From Octopus vulgaris (taxonomy: Eukaryota): a stretch of 64,000 nucleotides of DNA. Made by a program: the position numbers and the translations under genes. The DNA is taken from NCBI GenBank assembly GCA_951406725.2, contig OX597815.1:76880001-76944000 (forward strand), written 5' to 3'. Of this stretch, positions 12,845-26,633 are shown piece after piece; position 1 is the stretch's first letter, and the number at the start of each line of letters is the position of its first letter. Under the pieces are notes generated by a model, which saw only the letters and a program-made list of their open reading frames with translations, had not been told where the DNA came from and searched no databases.

Positions 12845-13904
12845 TATATGTGTATGTACATACGTGCGCATCTCCCTCCACACATATATATTTACGCATG
12901 TATTTTTTGCATGTGTACATGTGTACGCGTATGTGTGTGTAAATGCGTGCGTGTATAATAAATACCAAGTATCTTTTGTGATATTGGAGATCTTTCTCGT
13001 TGCGAATGACTACGATCAACGAGTCAAACTTTTTCGGTTTCTCTGTCTTTGTCTCTTTCTCTGTCTCCCTCTCTCTATTTACTTTCCCTCTATGTGTGTT
13101 CCTCTCTCTCTCCCATTTGTATAGTTTAGTGTGTGTGCGCGTTTGTGCTAATATAATATTAGAATACTGTGTTAATATAACGTTATGCTAATATAATATT
13201 GGTAGCTAATGAACTTTCCTATGTCAAAATGAAGAACGCTAAATACACTAAATTTGAATAATTTCTAGAATTAGAAACAAAACTGTTTCAATTCCTGTTA
13301 CTAATAGATTCAAAACAAACTCAGTGAGTGTGAGTATTTTTCGTCAGTTTTACTCATGCTGCTAAAGTTATTCAATTAGATTCATTCATTTGAGCCACAC
13401 AGGCTGAGCTTCTGAAGGAAAAAATAGCTTTTTTCGATATCTTAACCTTAATCCTTTTAAGAGAGGTTCAAGAGAGATCATTCGTGAATAAAATGGTAGA
13501 TTTTCATTCCCTTGATCTTTTGACCTGTTAATTTGCATTGAATATAATTTAAATATTTTAAATATTTAAAAGAAATTATTGGAAAATAAAGAAAAATTAA
13601 TACACAATAAATAAGGTCTATGTAGGGGGCACAAATTTCAAAAGAGAAAGGAAGAATGGAAAAAGAAAATTTTTTTAATTGTCTAATGATATTAAAGGAA
13701 AATTTTGTATTTCAGACAATGTTAACGAGTTAGTTGGTCAACCCCCAATTAGTAACAGGAATATGAACATATATTATGTGACGCACACATTCTTGCGCGC
13801 ACGCAAACATATGTATACAAACATACATATATGCACACATATGTAAATGCATATTCACACACACAAACACACACACACACATATTATATATATATATATG
13901 CGAA

Positions 13905-14055
13905 GGGCTTCTTTCAGTTTCCATCCACCAGATCCGCTCACAAGTCTTTGGTTGGCCAGAGACTATAGCAGAAGACATTTTCTCATGGTGTCACACACTG
14001 GGCCTGAACGCAGGACCATGTGGTTGGAAAGCAGACTTCTTACCATACCTGCGCC
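13905..14055 (-). mobile_element. tRNA-derived SINE, second family
   Basis: Reverse complement resembles 40681-40845 (GGCGCAGG...GGT(A)AGAAG...GTTCA...CTATAG). Confidence 0.65.
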
Positions 14056-14973
14056 TATTTGTATCTATCTATCTATATATCTATCTATCTGTCTATCTAT
14101 CTATCTGTCTGTCTGTCTGTCTGTCTGTCTGTGTGTATTGTTCAAATTTACAGAAAACAAAAGACGAAGACAGGTGTAGGAACAACAAGCAGGTGTATTA
14201 GTTTAACGCTCGGGGGCGAATGGAAAAGTCTTTTACGTTTCAGGTCTAGGCTCTTCGACAGAAACAATTAAGAGGGGAAAAAACGGAGTGAGAATGAAAA
14301 GAAAAACTGAGGAAAAATATGCAGAGATTAACGGTTCAACATATGCATATATATTCTGTAAATAACAATAATATCTTATAAGTGTATTGAGTAAAGAAAA
14401 TAGTCTAGTATTAGGGCATATAAGCCCTAAAGGGAAAGAAAATGTGGGTTTTCCCCTACGTATGGAACAGGAACCCACATCACTATATATATTCGCGATA
14501 AGTGTGCTATTAGTACACTAACGTCCCCAACCGCTTCTCCCCGTTAGATTTAAGAGCTATATTTTTATAGTGTTGTTTTTAAACAAACAAGCATGTGTGT
14601 TTTTTGCGCTGATTTGAGAAGCGGTGATCAGAGACAAAAGCTTTCATGTGATCACCGTGTATTCATTAAAGGAAATAGTCTAATATAAGCTTTTGTGTGA
14701 GTGTGTGTGTGTGTTTGTGCGTGTGCGTGCGTGTGTATGTGTGTGTGTGTATAAACAAAAATATGTATAGAGAAAATTATAGAATTTCCCTTACGAAGAC
14801 GACAGTTGTTTCTATTTTGTTAAAATTTTTAGATATAGAAAATATTATTGAAATTATTTCCGAGAATACATGTTAACACAACGTTTTCAAGGCGATTCAA
14901 AATTAGTTAAATTCTAAGTGCCTAATTCTCAGAATTTCTCGAAATTCTTCTAAATGATATTAGGATCTACTGG

Positions 14974-15049
<76 letters not shown>

Positions 15050-15187
15050 TGGGAATAGTGGCTCTCGAATGAAACATTAACCTATAAACATAGCTTGTGA
15101 ATATTGGGTTAAAAAGCCCTTTTGCTTAAAAACGTTGAAGACTGCTCGTGATACATCCTTTTGAGGTCAACACACATACACGCACAC

Positions 15188-15218
<31 letters not shown>

Positions 15219-15789
15219 TGTATATACGTACTGATGTTTGTATGTATATACTAACAGAATACCTGGGGCCGCCTAGATTGAAAGGCATAAAAATATTCTT
15301 AATGAAAGCATTTTCGATTTAACAGAACACTATTGAATTTCTTCGAAAATTTATCTTTTACGTATGCAATAAAATTGTTTACCAATACGATTGTGCTCTC
15401 TTATGCACTATATTACAGATACACATTCAGTAATGTAAATAGTATGTTTCGTAATTTAATTGTGTAAATGAATTTTATTGAATGCAATAAAATCAAGAGC
15501 ACAGTTTTAAATTAAGAAAACAGTTTTATTTCGTTTGAAACTATTATTGAAGACAAAAGAAGATAATATTTTATTCTTAGTATTCTTTAAGTTTTAAAAT
15601 AATTTGAAAAATGAATAAAAGATGGAATGCTGAAAAGTAAACTACTGTTGGAAACAAAATTATACTTATAGTGTGTGGAAACCGGAGTGCAAAAGAAGAA
15701 GCCCTCACCTCCAAATACTAGAACAGCAATGCATGAAGTAATGAATAAATTATGCTAAAAGTTGTGCTATGCCTCTGCGTATAGAATAT

Positions 15790-17430
15790 TAGATATGTAC
15801 CCATTATTGTTTGGAGAATAACAAAAGCATAAACAGGGAGATTATGGGGGTTTTCCATCTCTGGAAAATATTACATAAAATTAATCATGGGCTCGACAGA
15901 ATTCATCAAGATGCAGTCTAGCAAATGTCGATGTTTGTCCTTAGTATTCCTTCATTGATTTGATGAAACGTAGATGACTTGAAATCTGAAGTCTACTTAG
16001 CTCAAAAAGACACACGTTTTGGTTTGTATGAAATTCTAACTATAATTATATCTTTTTTTGGTCTACTCAGTGAAATTGTTGTTTCCATCAAATATGGCAC
16101 AATCTTCTTAACCACTTTTCTTGTACCACTGGACAACCGCAGCTGATTTCAATTTTGCAGTAACATAGACGAGAATTCTTTTTGAAAAACATGAAATCTC
16201 TATGGAAGGAGACCTGAAGGTTCTAATGAATTTTTAAAATTCTGCAGGATAATCAACTATTTCTTCCTGAAGTATGAACATTTCTTGGAAGTTTCATGCT
16301 ACTCATCCAAGCAGTTTGTTTTCGAGCTGCCACTTCGTTTTAATTATGTTGTTGGCTGGAGATCAAGTTCGATATTAATTCATCTGCTGTATTAAACACT
16401 GGGACATGATGCCATAGCTGATACGAGGAGATCGCCTTTCTCCAATTTGAGAAAAATTTTTCGGCAGAGTGATCTGACAGCTGATCTCCAAAAATAATCA
16501 GATAACTTACTTCAAAAAAGATTGACTCATAATTGTAGACAATTTGAAGATTGTATCTTTGGTCCGAAGCGATAATGATTTAAGAGGAACATGATTTTCA
16601 TCAAACTTTAGTTTCTTTGGGGAGCTATAGCAAGATATGCGTAAGCTCTATAATATCCTGTCAAGGGCTGCCAAAATCTCTTGTGTGCCACTTCGTATTC
16701 ACCCCAGACAAGTAGCTTGCATTTTCTAAGAACTTGTCCAGTTCCTGAATTTGTGACAATAATGTAAACGGGTGTATCTTTTGTACCCTTGTACACGTGG
16801 AGGATGAGTGTAGAATGTGCAAGAAGGTATGTGGCAGCATACCCGAAGATACAACTACAATAGTTATGCCATTAATGTTGATGTACGTTGGCAAACAATA
16901 GACCGATCGATCGGGAATGTCATTCCTATTCCACTATGAGCAGCTTTCTGTTGTAATATCTCTACAAATAGCAAAATAGATTGCCTTCTAATTTCCAATA
17001 AGTTTGACTTTGTTGTTATTGACAAATGTTATCAATGTGACAACATTATATGACGTCTCTTCTAAAATTTCTTTTACTAGATTATTGACTTCAGTGTAGT
17101 TAGGTTGAGGGAAGTTGTATTTTAAAACCCTTGGTCATTTATATGTCTTTGAGCTTGCCAATGAGGGTTGTATTACGGATTTCTTCTGTATGCTCAATTT
17201 CAATGCTGGAATACATATATCTGAAGAGTTTGATGCTTAAAATTTTCCGTAAGGTTATCAGGATAACTGAGCAACAGTTAAAGTAGATTAGATGGTCAAT
17301 ATTCATCAACCACGATTGCTCTTATAGCCACTGCCCTGTAACAGTCATGTATTCACTGGTTTCAGAGAATACTGACTTTTTGACACGGCCTGATAAATTT
17401 AGTAGTCACAGAAACGAATATTCCTCACTA
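15790..17430 (-). pseudogene. Decayed Helitron PIF1-like helicase, copy 1
   Basis: Minus-strand frames give EILEETSYNV..., VVSSG (VASSG motif), NSGTGQVLRKCKLLVWGEYEVAHK (LVWDECTMAHK motif), PSGLLP and MLLQN..RLSSGTRKVVKK (MLLRNL..LCNGTRL motif), in Helitron order. Many stops and frameshifts. Confidence 0.85.
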
Positions 17431-19802
17431 TACATACATACGAATATGCATACATACATACATTCATGCATACATACATAAATGCATAAATACATACATA
17501 CATACACATTCATATATATTTATATGTATTTGTGCATATACACATATATGCATTTATAATTATGCATAGATTTATATAGACACATATTTCATACATGTGC
17601 ATTTGCACGGATATGTATGTGCGAGCACGTGTAAAAAATTAATGTGAAAATTTGTATTAAGAAAGAGACATATATTTAAACCAGATATAGTTGAGCCACT
17701 CTAATTTTGTAACAATGATCCTGGTTTAGTCATTGGCATAAGTTACAGTTCGGATAAAATAAACTATGTATGTCTGTATATGCATATATGTGTATATATG
17801 TGAGTGGATGGGTGTCTATATACGTGTGAGTGTGTGTAAATGTATGTGTGTATGTATTTTATATTTCTTTATTTGAATGTGTGTCAGTGAGAGTTTGTTT
17901 AGATATACATCGAGCTGAAAGTGAAGATACTGAAAGAAGCTTTCTGAGAGCGAATAAATACGAATGATTAAATATCCTTCACGCATTTGATGTTAATATA
18001 TCAACGGTTCACATGAGCTGCTAATTAACATTGCATTTCTAACGATAGCCGTTCAACCATTTAACATTATCACAAAGCAGATAACTAATGGTCCTTTGCA
18101 GTTCAGTTTGATGCACAACGAAAATATCAAATCTTCTATTAAACTATTCTTCTAAATCAAAAACAGTCTTGTAAAAATATAAAATCGATAATTGCCAAAA
18201 GTTAATCATGATTTTCTTTTCAACTTTATAGAATAAATGAAATCAATAATAAAATATTCAATGCAAACAAAATTTTTAGGACAAACCACTCAAGAAAGAG
18301 AAGTCAACAAATCGTTTAGTACCTTCCATTTAAATCGGTTGACTGCTTTTTTAAAATACATAATCACAACATTACTCCACGTATAATTACAAGATTTTCT
18401 TTTGCTACATCTTCCCTTCTTTAGGAAGTTTTTGATAGAAAAGATTGTCTCTATATTAAAAAGGAAGAAAATTATAAGATTTAATCTACCGAAAAGCCAA
18501 CTTATGTGGAAAGTTTTGACTATAGTCAACTGTCAGTTACTAAAGAACTGCAGGAACCCTTTACCGTTGCATGCATTTTTATGATAGTCAGGTCGATGCG
18601 GCTGATGTTCATTTGAAATTCTGTACGTTGATGTCCGTATGAAAAAGTTTTTAAAGAAAACATTTTAGAGGAATTTAATCTGTAAAAACAATAAAGGAGC
18701 TGATCAATGTATGAATGATGAGAGGAAGTGAATTTAGGGCATCTCAGTTAGATTGGGGACGTACTATTTATGTATACATAATGGGTGGTATTACTGTACA
18801 GCGCACTGTAAATATTTGTTGATGAAGCAGATGTGCCTCTGCTTTTTGGTAGTAGGATATTTGCATGTATGAAACAGTAAAATAGCTCCACAATATAATC
18901 ATTACTGTGAGTTTCATTCAAGCTTGATTGAAGATAAATAATTGATCAATGCTGAGAAAATGTCTTGGTGTTTAGAAATATATATAGTAATGTAATATAT
19001 GTGTGATATCACTATGAGAGATCGTTATATATCGTGAGGTACAGTAGTTGTACTGATTTTTGTGGCTTTCATTGTGTTGTTCATGTGCAAGAATGTTTCT
19101 TTGACATGAGTTTTGATTATGTATTCATGCGCTTGAAGGAGAAAGGAGATTAAGGTGTGATGTCACCATGAAAAAATGTTTATAAAATCACTTTATGAGG
19201 AATAAGTAATAGTCCACCGTGAATTGTTTAGCTGCAAGTGGATTATCAGGGCGTGCAGAGGTATAGCTAAAGAGTGATAATATCATCAACGGAGGTCTGT
19301 ATATCGTTAGAACAAAAGCAATAAGGAATTGTTTGAGTGAAATAGTTAAACCGTACGTACACCATAATTGTTCAAATATGAGTCGCAGAGGGTCAAATGG
19401 ATTAACAGTTTATAAATTTTTACCAAACATTTCTAAAGGAAGGAAGATTTAATAAACGAATTGTTACAAGAGATAAATCCGACACCATTTTATCTATTGT
19501 AACTATAATTTTGGAAAAGCAAGAAATTCATTAAATCCCATCGAGAAATCACCAAAAAAATCAATAAAGCTGATCAAACAAATTAACTACTTTTATCATA
19601 CAAATAATTGGATAATTAAATATTTGTACTTATTTCAATGTCTGGCGTACAACTAAGCCACTGTTTGCTCTAGTGATAATAATAGATGTGTCAGAATGGA
19701 GTATGGGGAATTGGTTGAGACTGCTTGTGCAACATTTATGCATAATGTTTAGGTAAACGATTAGCCAATCGTTTACTACCTAACATTCTTTTCATTTGTG
19801 TC

Positions 19803-19902
19803 NNNNNNNNNNNNNNNNNNNNNNNNNNNNNNNNNNNNNNNNNNNNNNNNNNNNNNNNNNNNNNNNNNNNNNNNNNNNNNNNNNNNNNNNNNNNNNNNNN
19901 NN
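19803..19902. other. Assembly gap (100 N)
   Basis: Run of exactly 100 N. Confidence 1.
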
Positions 19903-20867
19903 ATCACATTTAGAATGCATATCCCAAATTATTTTATAGTGAATTTGTTATCTGAGAAAATAGAAGTTTCCAAACATTTCATTTGTCTCCTGCCACGATG
20001 AATATATTTCATTATTTTATTCAATGCTTGAATAGAGAAAGTAATCTGATTAGGATACCCAGGTAACATTATCGTTTAGAAATTTCCTATTCACATCGAA
20101 ACTCGCCCTAATGGAATCTGTACATAACAAAAGGTCGGATTTGTTAGAAAATATGTGCTTTAAAAATAGCACAATATAAAAGAGATGATTTCTTTTTCAT
20201 AATTGCCAACCTGCAAGCCGATTAAAATTCAAAATGTATTATGCTATTGAAGTGTAAGTTTCAGCTGTTTAGTTTGTGTTTATAAATATCCTCTGTAACT
20301 CTTGGTATTAGTTTCTAATTTTTTTTACTATTTTCTGTAAATTCGGTTGTCAATATTAGCTCAATGCCGACGCTAAGAATGTGTTTAATTAGAAAAATAA
20401 AATTAATGAACTTCAATTGTACTCTGAGAAAACTAATTAAAACCATAAAAATGGTTTTTAAAATGGTATAAAAGATTTACATGGTTTAGATAGTTTAATA
20501 TGAAGTTCTTTATAGTATTAACTGCAACATTAAAACCTTTGCTAAAAACTGCGTGCTTAGAATTGCTTCAATTCCTGCTAGAGTCAACTTTTCATTTCTT
20601 CCTTTCTGGGTCGATAAGATAATGTGCTAGACAAATACTGGATTTAATCGCATCGGGTAATCCCTACCTTAACATTGTTGGCCTTGTGCCCAGATCAGAA
20701 ACCTTAATTTCCATCTTTTTTTTTTAAACTCGAGTTAAAACTCATAAGGACAACAACAGACTGTCTTTTATTCCAAGGACCAAATTAGAGGAAAGACATT
20801 ATAAATGAGGACTGCTAATCATACTAAGCCAAATATCTCACAATGTTATTATCAAATATTAAAAAAA

Positions 20868-21084
20868 AGGCAACGAGCGGGCAGAATCGTTAGTACGTCG
20901 GGCGAAATGCTTAGCAACATTTGGTCCGTTTTAACGTTCTGAGTTCAAATTCCGCTGAGCTAGACTTTGTCTTTCATCCTTTCGGAGTCAATAAATTAAA
21001 TACCGGCCAAATACTGGAATCGATGTGATCAACTTACCCCATCCCCCAAAATTTCAGGTTTTGTGCTTATAGTAGAAATGATTA
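20868..21084 (+). mobile_element. tRNA-derived Nin/Deu-like SINE (duplicate of 11702-11918)
   Basis: Same sequence inside the duplicated block. Confidence 0.8.
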
Positions 21085-21975
21085 TCAAATATATAAATAA
21101 GACATTGCAAATATTGGACTTATAATGTGCCAAAATGTATATTTTATGCATAACTAAAACAATACCGACTAATTTATGTAAGAATTATATTTTAAACATA
21201 CTTTTAAAAAGCACTGTGGGGTTCACATTAGCCGAATCTGCGACAGTTTTTGTATGTGGTTGTATAAATGTCATTCCACTTACTCTGCTTATAATATTGG
21301 AAAATATGAATGTCATACTTTTTAATTTATGCATCCTCTAAAGTACAAAGGCCATTTATGTCAGGTATGAAAAGAATAAATGATAATGTCAACAAAGCAT
21401 CCTATATCGGTCATTCGGTCTGCAAGAAATGACAGCTATATCTCACATCCTACATTCTTAAAGTAAGGATACTTTCGAAAATATAATCCGAAATATATCA
21501 AAAACTAGATAGTAACAACTGGAACGTCTTTCCTCGTGTGTCTGCTCAAGCAAGGTTAACTTAGCAATAAATTGTAACAAACTGCATTTTAGAGAAAATT
21601 AACAGTCATAAATAAATAACTGAAAAACATACTAAAAACAATATATTCAAAAGAAAATCATATGAAATGTATATTCTTACTTAGAATAATTTTACACATT
21701 AGTAATGGAATTTTACCGCAGTTATGTATATGTTAAGGCTAAGAGATTTGGCTTCAGCTAGACATCAAAAATGGTTTGCCGACTTGATTCACTACAAGCT
21801 TGTATCAGCCTCACGCATCTGGACTTCCAAACATATATTGGTGTATTAGTAAAAAACAAAAAGAAACAAAGAATATTTTTAAAAATAAAACATTGTTTTA
21901 GAGATATGTGGGACATTGCATGAATAACAATTTTCAGATCATTATAAGCGCACCACCGCCCCCACACACATCTAC

Positions 21976-22012
<37 letters not shown>

Positions 22013-23229
22013 TATATGTGTATGTACATACGTGCGCATCTCCCTCCACACATATATATTTACGCATGTATTTTTTGCATGTGTACATGTGTACGCGTAT
22101 GTGTGTGTAAATGCATGCGTGTATAATAAATACCAAGTATCTTTTGTGATATTGGAGATCTTTCTCGTTGCGAATGACTACGATCAACGAGTCAAACTCT
22201 TTCGGTTTCTCTGTCTTTGTCTCTTTCTCTGTCTCCCTCTCTCTATTTACTTTCCCTCTATGTGTGTTCCTCTCTCTCTCCCATTTGTATAGTTTAGTGT
22301 GTGTGCGCGTTTGTGCTAATATAATATTAGAATACTGTGTTAATATAACGTTATGCTAATATAATATTGGTAGCTAATGAACTTTCCTATGTCAAAATGA
22401 AGAACGCTAAATACACTAAATTTGAATAATTTCTAGAATTAGAAACAAAACTGTTTCAATTCCTGTTACTAATAGATTCAAAACAAACTCAGTGAGTGTG
22501 AGTATTTTTCGTCAGTTTTACTCATGCTGCTAAAGTTATTCAATTAGATTCATTCATTTGAGCCACACAGGCTGAGCTTCTGAAGGAAAAAATAGCTTTT
22601 TTCGATATCTTAACCTTAATCCTTTTAAGAGAGGTTCAAGAGAGATCATTCGTGAATAAAATGGTAGATTTTCATTCCCTTGATCTTTTGACCTGTTAAT
22701 TTGCATTGAATATAATTTAAATATTTTAAATATTTAAAAGAAATTATTGGAAAATAAAGAAAAATTAATACACAATAAATAAGGTCTATGTAGGGGGCAC
22801 AAATTTCAAAAGAGAAAGGAAGAATGGAAAAAGAAAATTTTTTTAATTGTCTAATGATATTAAAGGAAAATTTTGTATTTCAGACAATGTTAACGAGTTA
22901 GTTGGTCAACCCCCAATTAGTAACAGGAATATGAACATATATTATGTGACGCACACATTCTTGCGCGCACGCAAACATATGTATACAAACATACATATAT
23001 GCACACATATGTAAATGCATATTCACACACACAAACACACACACACACATATTATATATATATATATGCGAAGGGCTTCTTTCAGTTTCCATCCACCAGA
23101 TCCGCTCACAAGTCTTTGGTTGGCCAGAGACTATAGCAGAAGACATTTTCTCATGGTGTCACACACTGGGCCTGAACGCAGGACCATGTGGTTGGAAAGC
23201 AGACTTCTTACCATACCTGCGTCTATTTG

Positions 23230-23332
<103 letters not shown>

Positions 23333-24188
23333 ATTGTTCAAATTTACAGAAAACAAAAGACGAAGACAGGTGTAGGAACAACAAGCAAGTGTATTAGTTT
23401 AACGCTCGGGGGCGAATGGAAAAGTCTTTTACGTTTCGAATCTAGGCTCTTCGACAGAAACAATTAAGAGGGGAAAAAAACGGAGTGAGAATGAAAAGAA
23501 AAACTGAGGAAAAATATGCAGAGATTAACGGTTCAACATATGCATATATATTCTGTAAATAACAATAATATCTTATAAGTGTATTGAGTAAAGAAAATAG
23601 TCTAGTATTAGGGCATATAAGCCCTAAAGGGAAAGAAAATGTGGGTTTTCCCCTACGTATGGAACAGGAACCCACATCACTATATATATTCGCGATAAGT
23701 GTGCTATTAGTACACTAACGTCCCCAACCGCTTCTCCCCGTTAGATTTAAGAGCTATATTTTTATAGTGTTGTTTTTAAACAAACAAGCATGTGTGTTTT
23801 TTGCGCTGATTTGAGAAGCGGTGATCAGAGACAAAAGCTTTCATGTGATCACCGTGTATTCATTAAAGGAAATAGTCTAATATAAGCTTTTGTGTGAGTG
23901 TGTGTGCGTGCGTGTGTGTGTGTGTGTTTGTGCGTGTGCGTGCGTGTGTGTATGTGTGTGTGTGTATAAACAAAAATACGTATAGAGAAAATTATAGAAT
24001 TTCCCTTACGAAGACGGCAGTTGTTTCTATTTTGTTAAAATTTTTAGATATAGAAAATATTATTGAAATTATTTCCGAGAATACATGTTAACACAACGTT
24101 TTCAAGGCGATTCAAAATTAGTTAAATTCAAAGTGCCTAATTCTCAGAATTTCTCGAAATTCTTCTAAATGATATTAGGATCTACTGG

Positions 24189-24264
<76 letters not shown>

Positions 24265-24992
24265 TGGGAATAGTGGCTCTCGAATGAAACATTAACCTAT
24301 AAACATAGCTTGTGAATATTGGGTTAAAAAGCCCTTTTGCTTAAAAACGTTGAAGACTGCTCGTGATACATCCTTTTGAGGTCAACACACATACACGCAC
24401 ACATATGTATGCATGTATGTATGTATATACGTACTGATGTTTGTATGTATATACTAACAGAATACCTGGGGCCGCCTAGATTGAAAGGCATAAAAATATT
24501 CTTAATGAAAGCATTTTCGATTTAACAGAACACTATTGAATTTCTTCGAAAATTTATCTTTTACGTATGCAATAAAATTGTTTACCAATACGATTGTGCT
24601 CTCTTATGCACTATATTACAGATACACATTCAGTAATGTAAATAGTATGTTTCGTAATTTAATTGTGTAAATGAATTTTATTGAATGCAATAAAATCAAG
24701 AGCACAGTTTTAAATTAAGAAAACAGTTTTATTTCGTTTGAAACTATTATTGAAGACAAAAGAAGATAATATTTTATTCTTAGTATTCTTTAAGTTTTAA
24801 AATAATTTGGAAAATGAATAAAAGATGGAATGCTGAAAAGTAAACTACTGTTGGAAACAAAATTATACTTATAGTGTGTGGAAACCGGAGTGCAAAAGAA
24901 GAAGCCCTCACCTCCAAATACTAGAACAGCAATGCATGAAGTAATGAATAAATTATACTAAAAGTTGTGCTATGCCTCTGCGTATAGAATAT

Positions 24993-26633
24993 TAGATCTG
25001 TACCCATTATTGTTTGGAGAATAACAAAAGCATAAACAGGGAGATTATGGGGGTTTTCCATCTCTGGAAAATATTACATAAAATTAATCATGGGCTCGAC
25101 AGAATTCATCAAGATGCAGTCTAGCAAATGTCGATGTTTGTCCTTAGTATTCCTTCATTGATTTGATGAAACGTAGATGACTTGAAATCTGAAGTCTACT
25201 TAGCTCAAAAAGACACACGTTTTGGTTTGTATGAAATTCTAACTATAATTATATCTTTTTTTGGTCTACTCAGTGAAATTGTTGTTTCCATCAAATATGG
25301 CACAATCTTCTTAACCACTTTTCTTGTACCACTGGACAACCGCAGCTGATTTCAATTTTGCAGTAACATAGACGAGAATTCTTTTTGAAAAACATGAAAT
25401 CTCTATGGAAGGAGACCTGAAGGTTCTAATGAATTTTTAAAATTCTGCAGGATAATCAACTATTTCTTCCTGAAGTATGAACATTTCTTGGAAGTTTCAT
25501 GCTACTCATCCAAACAGTTTGTTTTCGAGCTGCCACTTCGTTTTAACGATGTTGTTGGCTGTAGATCAAGTTCGATATTAATTCATCTGCTGTGTTAAAC
25601 ACTGGGACATGATGCCATAGCTGATACGAGGAGATCGCCTTTCTCCAATTTGAGAAAAATTTTTCGGCAGAGTGATCTGACAGCTGATCTCCAAAAATAA
25701 TCAGATAACTTACTTCAAAAAAGATTGACTCATAATTGTAGACAATTTGAAGATTGTATCTTTGGTCCGAAGCGATAATGATTTAAGAGGAACATGATTT
25801 TCATCAAACTTTAGTTTCTTTGGGGAGCTATAGCAAGATATGCGTAAGCTCTGTAATATCCTGTCAAGGGCTGCCAAACTCTCTTGTGTGCCATTTCGTA
25901 TTCACCCCAGACAAGTAGCTTGCATTTTCTAAGAACTTGTCCAGTTCCTGAATTTGTGACAATAATGTAAACGGGTGTATCTTTTGTACCCTTGTACACG
26001 TGGAGGATGAGTGTAGAATGTGCAAGAAGGTATATGGCAGCATACCCGAAGATACAACTACAATAGTTATGCCGTTAATGTTGATGTACGTTGGCAAACA
26101 ATAGACCGATCGATCGGGAATGTCTTTCCTATTCCACTATGAGCAGCTTTCTGTTGTAATATCTCTACAAATAGCAAAATAGATTGCCTTCTAATTTCCA
26201 ATAAGTTTGACTTTGTTGTTATTGACAAATGTTATCAATGTGACAACATTATATGACGTCTCTTCTAAAATTTCTTTTACTAGATTATTGACTTCAGTGT
26301 AGTTAGGTTGAGGGAAGTTGTATTTTAAAACCCTTGGTCATTTATATGTCTTTGAGCTTGCCAATGAGGGTTGTATTACGGATTTCTTCTGTATGCTCAA
26401 TTTCAATGCTGGAATACATATATCTGAAGAGTTTGATGCTTAAAATTTTCCGTAAGGTTATCAGGATAACTGAGCAACAGTTAAAGTAGATTAGATGGTC
26501 AATATTCATCAACCACGATTGCTCTTATAGCCACTGCCCTGTAACAGTCATGTATTCACTGGTTTCATAGAATACTGACTTTTTGACACGGCCTGATAAA
26601 TTTAGTAGTCACAGAAACGAATATTCCTCGCTA
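24993..26633 (-). pseudogene. Decayed Helitron PIF1-like helicase, copy 2
   Basis: Offset 9203 from copy 1; ORF 25811-25999 has CKLLVWGEYEMAHK. Confidence 0.85.

Larger units (their letters stand above)
10737..19802 (+). repeat. Copy 1 of a 9.1-kb near-identical tandem duplication (probable haplotype overlap)
   Basis: Starts ATCACATTTAGAATGCAT, identical to the first bases after the gap; colinear with 19903-29076. Confidence 0.95.
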
